From NCBI GenBank assembly GCA_033765245.1, contig JANRIF010000249.1, positions 1-54,661 on the forward strand: DNA of 54,661 nt. Reading direction: 5' to 3'. Below the pieces are notes generated by a model. That model ran no database searches. It was not told where the DNA came from and saw only the letters and a program-made list of their open reading frames with translations. Made by a program: the position numbers and the translations under genes. Within the stretch, counting starts at the first letter, position 1, and each line of letters opens with the position of its first letter. This DNA comes from Lysobacteraceae bacterium. GTDB taxonomy: Bacteria; Pseudomonadota; Gammaproteobacteria; Xanthomonadales; Xanthomonadaceae. This document shows, one piece after another, positions 51,749-54,661 of the stretch.

Positions 51749-52114
51749 ATGAAACTGAGTGACTTCATCAATGAAACCCTCGTCGAAATTGCAACGGGGA
51801 TAACTCGCGCGAATGAGTCGCTAAGGGGCACTGGCGCCTTAGTGAATCCTCCGAATATTTATGTCGAACCGAATGATCGCTCCAAGATTTTCGGCGTCTG
51901 GAACAGGAAGGCTCTTGAGATGCACCCGGTTGTAGAATTAATAGAATTCGATGTTGCGCTATCTGTGACAGAGAGTCGTGAAACAAATGCAAAGTCTGGT
52001 GTGTCGCTATCCGTCCTCGAACTAGGAGCTGGCGGCAAATCACTGGGCAGTCGTGGCTCTGAATCAAGGGTGAGGTTCCGTGTACCGTTCATCTTTCCAA
52101 GAGCCGAGCCCTAA
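51749..52114 (+). CDS. Small beta-rich protein, trypco2-like by pattern (121 aa)
   Basis: The N-terminal helix LSDFINETLVEIATGITRA, then ELIEFDVALSVTESRETNAKSGVSLSVLELGAGGKSLGSRGSESRVRFRVPF, resembles from memory the small trypsin-co-occurring domain 2 proteins of conflict systems. Unverified. Confidence 0.5.
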   Translation: MKLSDFINETLVEIATGITRANESLRGTGALVNPPNIYVEPNDRSKIFGVWNRKALEMHPVVELIEFDVALSVTESRETNAKSGVSLSVLELGAGGKSLGSRGSESRVRFRVPFIFPRAEP

Positions 52115-52173
52115 CCCGGCAGTCGAGCGCACCTGCGCGAAAAGCCGCGCAGGCCCTCACTTTTAAGTTAGTC
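52109..52173 (+). repeat. attC-like recombination-site candidate 1 (65 nt)
   Basis: CCCTAAC(R'', contains the TAA stop)-ccggc-AGTcGAGcgca-CCTGCGCG-aaaagc-CGCGCAGG-ccCTCACT-tttaa-GTTAGTC(R'). AGT/ACT and GAG/CTC pair around a bulged C. The 5-nt spacers are unpaired. Confidence 0.5.
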
Positions 52174-52193
52174 CCCACAGGGAAGATCATCGA

Positions 52194-52508
52194 ATGTCAG
52201 AACTTTTGAAACGCTCCATTGAAGCTCTTAGCGCTTCGGTTAATGTTGCAACCGGCCTCACTCACCCCCTGGATGAGTCTCGTGCAAAAGAGCTTTTCAA
52301 GGCATTGCATGCTTACGGCGAGGTGCTTACATACGATCAGGTTGAGGAGCTTGCCTTGGCCAATCGGTGGCCCGAGCGCCATGCTACGGATCTCGCAGAG
52401 CTTGCCGAGCGCATTGGTAATGGAGGGCGTGTGGTTATAAAACACGCACGGAAATGGGGTGAGCCAACCGTTGCTCGCCTCAAAGCGGAGATTGAGGCTG
52501 GCGCCTAA
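52194..52508 (+). CDS. Small all-helical hypothetical protein (104 aa)
   Basis: AGGGAAGA lies 9 nt upstream of ATG 52194. The composition is protein-like. The antisense 236-aa ORF (52197..52907) looks random. The stop lies inside a GCCTAAC heptamer. Confidence 0.55.
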   Translation: MSELLKRSIEALSASVNVATGLTHPLDESRAKELFKALHAYGEVLTYDQVEELALANRWPERHATDLAELAERIGNGGRVVIKHARKWGEPTVARLKAEIEAGA

Positions 52509-52945
52509 CAAACAAGGCCACCATTTCACCGCCCGAGTCAATCGGCACGAGTGTATCCGTCGCGGCCAGAGCCGCAATGATCGCAGCTCGTGATGAAGTG
52601 GAGGGGCCGCGACGGCATTCACGCTCGGCGCAGAGTCTTGGCCGCGCCAGTCATCCTTCTGGATCAAGGCGCGTGTCGCGCCCCTGGCTTTCTCCCCAAA
52701 CACTGACCGAGCAAGCGCAGGGAGTGAAGGCGTAGCCGCGTAACAGCCGAACGGTGCAATCGTTGCGTCCCGGTGACCTGACGGTGGCACGGAATCATGG
52801 CTCGAATTTGCACTCGTCCGCCCCTCGTTGGCTCGCACGACGGGCAGCCCCTGAACAACAGGAAACAGTTCACGATTAATTTGTGCCACTCTACTTGATC
52901 GTGGCATATCTTCTACTGTTCTTGTTCCCTACCAGTAGTGACCTC

Positions 52946-53012
52946 GTCCAACCAATCATTCCACCAGACCTGCGCAAAAATCCGCGCAGGCCGGTAAATT
53001 CAAACGTCAGGC
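52946..53012 (+). repeat. attC-like recombination-site candidate 2 (67 nt)
   Basis: GTCCAAC(R'', perfect RYYYAAC)-caatc-ATTCCACCAG-a-CCTGCGC-aaaaatcc-GCGCAGG-CCGGTAAAT-tcaaac-GTCAGGC(R', one mismatch to GTTRRRY). The central stem is the same sequence as in candidate 1. Confidence 0.5.
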
Positions 53013-53016
53013 GCCA

Positions 53017-53271
53017 TCAATAATGATATCGCAGTTGAGCGATAAGCACTGAATCATCGGCCGCCTTATAGACGATTCTATGTTGCTCGTCGATACGCCG
53101 CGACCAATACCCTGCCAACGCATGCTTGAGCGGCTCTGGCTTCCCTGTGCCCGTGTGCGGTGTCCGGGTGATCTCTTTGATCAGCTCGTTGATGCGCTGC
53201 ACTAATTTCTTGTCGGTCTTCTGCCAGTACAGATAGTCTTCCCACGCTTGCTCGGAAAAGACCAATCTCAC
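53017..53271 (-). CDS. yoeB: YoeB/Txe-family toxin (mRNA interferase)
   Basis: 84 aa, collinear with E. coli YoeB: SEQAWEDYLYWQKTDKKLVQRINELIKE, GKPEPLKH, WSRRI, C-terminal RYHY. Confidence 0.95.
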   Translation of the reverse strand: MRLVFSEQAWEDYLYWQKTDKKLVQRINELIKEITRTPHTGTGKPEPLKHALAGYWSRRIDEQHRIVYKAADDSVLIAQLRYHY

Positions 53272-53519
53272 TTGGTCAAGCTCCGCACTTTGCCCTTCCC
53301 GGACTCAAGTGCAGCAATGCTTTCAAGCAGCCGCTGCGCGTTCTTGGGGCTGCGTAGCAGGTAGGAGGTTTCCTCCAGCGCCTTGAAATCGTCTAGCGAC
53401 ATCATTACAACCGCCTGCTGGCCGCTGCGGGTGATGATGATAGGCTCATGATCCTCGCAAACACGGTTCATGGTGTCGGCCAACTTGGCTCGGGCAGTGC
53501 TGTAGGTGATCGCGTCCAC
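53268..53519 (-). CDS. yefM: YefM/Phd-family antitoxin
   Basis: 83 aa, collinear with E. coli YefM: EDHEPIIITR, MSLDDFKALEETSYLLRSPKNAQRLLESI. GTG start with AAAGGAGG 5 nt upstream. 4-nt overlap with yoeB. Confidence 0.93.
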   Translation of the reverse strand: MDAITYSTARAKLADTMNRVCEDHEPIIITRSGQQAVVMMSLDDFKALEETSYLLRSPKNAQRLLESIAALESGKGKVRSLTK

Positions 53520-53532
53520 GGGCGCCTCCTTT

Positions 53533-53550
53533 TGTACAACTATTTGTACA
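53533..53550 (-). promoter_or_regulatory. YefM-YoeB operator-like pair of TGTACA cores
   Basis: TGTACA at 53533-53538 and 53545-53550, 12 bp centre-to-centre, immediately upstream of the yefM SD. Same core and spacing as the E. coli yefM-yoeB operator. Confidence 0.7.
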
Positions 53551-53597
53551 ATGTCGACCCGGCAGTGTCAAGCGGCGGCACCTGACGGACAGGGCGG

Positions 53598-53619
53598 GAT
53601 CGTGCGCAGCTACGATCTG
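53598..53619. repeat. 22-nt hairpin motif shared with 54448-54469
   Basis: gatcgtgcgcagctacgatctg versus gatcgtgcgcagccacgatctg (21 of 22 identical). GATCGT/ACGATC stem. Confidence 0.7.
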
Positions 53620-53866
53620 CAAAGCCCCAAAGCCCAGCCCCACCCTTCCGAACTTTCCTACACAACAACGCGCCACTTGCCGACAGACACGCGGCGGTGC
53701 GGGCGTCACGCTGTGTCCATGACGTATCCACGCAACCCACTTGCTCCACCCGGATCGCCGGCTGTGCGCTGCGCGCAAGCGGCAGCCGTCGACGCCATCG
53801 ATCAGCGCCACTGCGTCTGTTGGGCATCGCCTTGCGTTGGTCATACCACGGTGATACTGTCGCCCC

Positions 53867-54103
53867 ATGAAAGTCGCCATCTCGTTGCCAGATACAGTGT
53901 TCGATGCGGCGGAGATGCTGGCGCAGGAGCTGAGCATGTCTCGTAGTCAGCTCTATGCCCAGGCGTTGTCTGAGTTCTTGCAGGCTCGAAGTGCTTCGGC
54001 TGTCACTGCAAAGCTCAACGAGGTCTATGGCCGGGAAGATGCGGCTGTTGCCCCCGCGTTGATGCGTGCGCAGGTGGGAGCGCTGACTCATGAGGCGTGG
54101 TGA
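53867..54103 (+). CDS. Ribbon-helix-helix (CopG/MazE-like) antitoxin
   Basis: MKVAISLPDTVFDAAEMLAQELSMSRSQLYAQALSEFL is a typical RHH N-terminus. 78 aa. It overlaps the downstream MazF gene by 14 nt. Confidence 0.8.
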   Translation: MKVAISLPDTVFDAAEMLAQELSMSRSQLYAQALSEFLQARSASAVTAKLNEVYGREDAAVAPALMRAQVGALTHEAW

Positions 54104-54428
54104 CGTTTGGTGGGCATCGCTGGATGAACCCGTGGGCTCAGGCCCAGGTCTGCGCCGACCTGTTCTAGTCGTGCAATCGAACCCCTTCAACTTGAGCCGG
54201 ATTTCTACCGTTGTCGTATTGGTCATCTCTTCCAACCTCGCGTTGGCGGAGGCGCCTGGGAACGTGCGGCTGAGCAAGAGCGATTCCGGGCTGCCCAAGC
54301 CGTCGGTAGTCAACGTATCGCAGATTCTCACGCTGGATCGAGGGCTGCTGACAGACCGTGTTCGTGCGTTGCCCGGTCGCGTGATGGAGCGCGTCAATTC
54401 GGGCTTGCACTTGGTTTTGGGGCTGTGA
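54090..54428 (+). CDS. mazF: MazF/PemK-family toxin endoribonuclease
   Basis: MRRGDVWWASLDEPVGSGPGLRRPVLVVQSN...PSVVNVSQILTLDR is the characteristic MazF/PemK SH3-like barrel pattern. 112 aa. Confidence 0.88.
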   Translation: MRRGDVWWASLDEPVGSGPGLRRPVLVVQSNPFNLSRISTVVVLVISSNLALAEAPGNVRLSKSDSGLPKPSVVNVSQILTLDRGLLTDRVRALPGRVMERVNSGLHLVLGL

Positions 54429-54429
54429 T

Positions 54430-54484
54430 GCCTAGCGACTGAGGCTAGATCGTGCGCAGCCACGATCTGAGCCGTTTGTTGGAC
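54430..54484 (+). repeat. attC-like recombination-site candidate 3 (55 nt)
   Basis: GCCTAGC-gactga-GGCT-AGATCGTG-cgcagc-CACGATCT-g-AGCC-gttt-GTTGGAC. It starts 2 nt after the mazF stop. R' is a perfect GTTRRRY. A 12-bp composite stem carries one extrahelical G. Confidence 0.5.
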
Positions 54485-54661
54485 GACCCCGCTCTCGGGC
54501 GCGAGCGGTGCGCTCTGAATGGATGTCCTGTTGGCGGATCACGCTGCAATGGAGGCAGCGTGCTACTCGCCGAAGCAGCCGTTTGGTTCGGGCACGGCGT
54601 CGCCCCAGTCGAGAGATACATGACCCTGTGCCACGTGCCGATGAAAGCTCGAATAGGGCCA

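Larger units (their letters stand above)
50230..54661 (+). mobile_element. AT-richer accessory island with integron-cassette-like organisation (no integrase in window; runs off the right edge)
   Basis: Visible composition shift after ispA. Short unrelated ORFs, two TA pairs, and attC-like structured palindromes at 52109-52173, 52946-53012 and 54430-54484. The left boundary is not resolved (somewhere in 50063-50250). Confidence 0.45.

Noticed and set aside
52197-52907. A 236-aa minus-strand ORF covering gene D and the downstream gap
   Set aside because: The sequence is Ser/Arg/Pro/Cys-rich and random-looking, with no SD. It is antisense to a better-formed plus-strand ORF and crosses a composition change. 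The same applies to 53540..54463 (antisense to the RHH-MazF pair).
54485-54661. Possible start of another cassette gene (ATG at 54620) at the window edge
   Set aside because: Only about 14 codons are visible, so no call is possible.

Overview
High-GC gammaproteobacterial chromosome segment. Gene order and the GTAG-type REP repeats suggest Xanthomonadales/Lysobacterales, but this is inference only. From 1 to about 50.1 kb the window is core housekeeping DNA: ydbH/ydbL, a REC-Hpt protein, recO-era-rnc-lepB-lepA, mucD/degP-rseCBA-rpoE, a fadB-like gene, dapD-glnD-map, then the conserved rpsB-tsf...pyrH...frr-uppS-cdsA-dxr-rseP-bamA-lpxD-fabZ-lpxA-lpxB-rnhB block, then DUF502, yhhQ, DUF885, xseB-ispA. 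Two things interrupt the conserved block. An OMF-MFP-RND efflux operon plus tyrA and a cupin gene lie between tsf and pyrH. A CDF metal transporter lies between pyrH and frr. Several intergenic gaps carry an unusual REP-like hairpin built from GGGACTS/GAGTCCC heptads, with up to 16 heptads on one arm, plus other GTAG-type REPs. The most interesting region is the last ~4.5 kb. After ispA the DNA turns visibly AT-richer and carries short, unrelated genes: a small P-loop protein, a permuted papain-like (C92/YiiX-type) amidase, a small trypco2-like beta-rich protein, a helical protein, YefM-YoeB, and RHH-MazF. ORF ends here are followed by 55-67 nt structured palindromes with the architecture of integron attC sites. 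I read this as an integron-type cassette array with no integrase in view. Its P-loop/amidase/small-protein trio is a candidate uncharacterised conflict module. All family calls come from motif recognition by eye, and no searches or computations were run.
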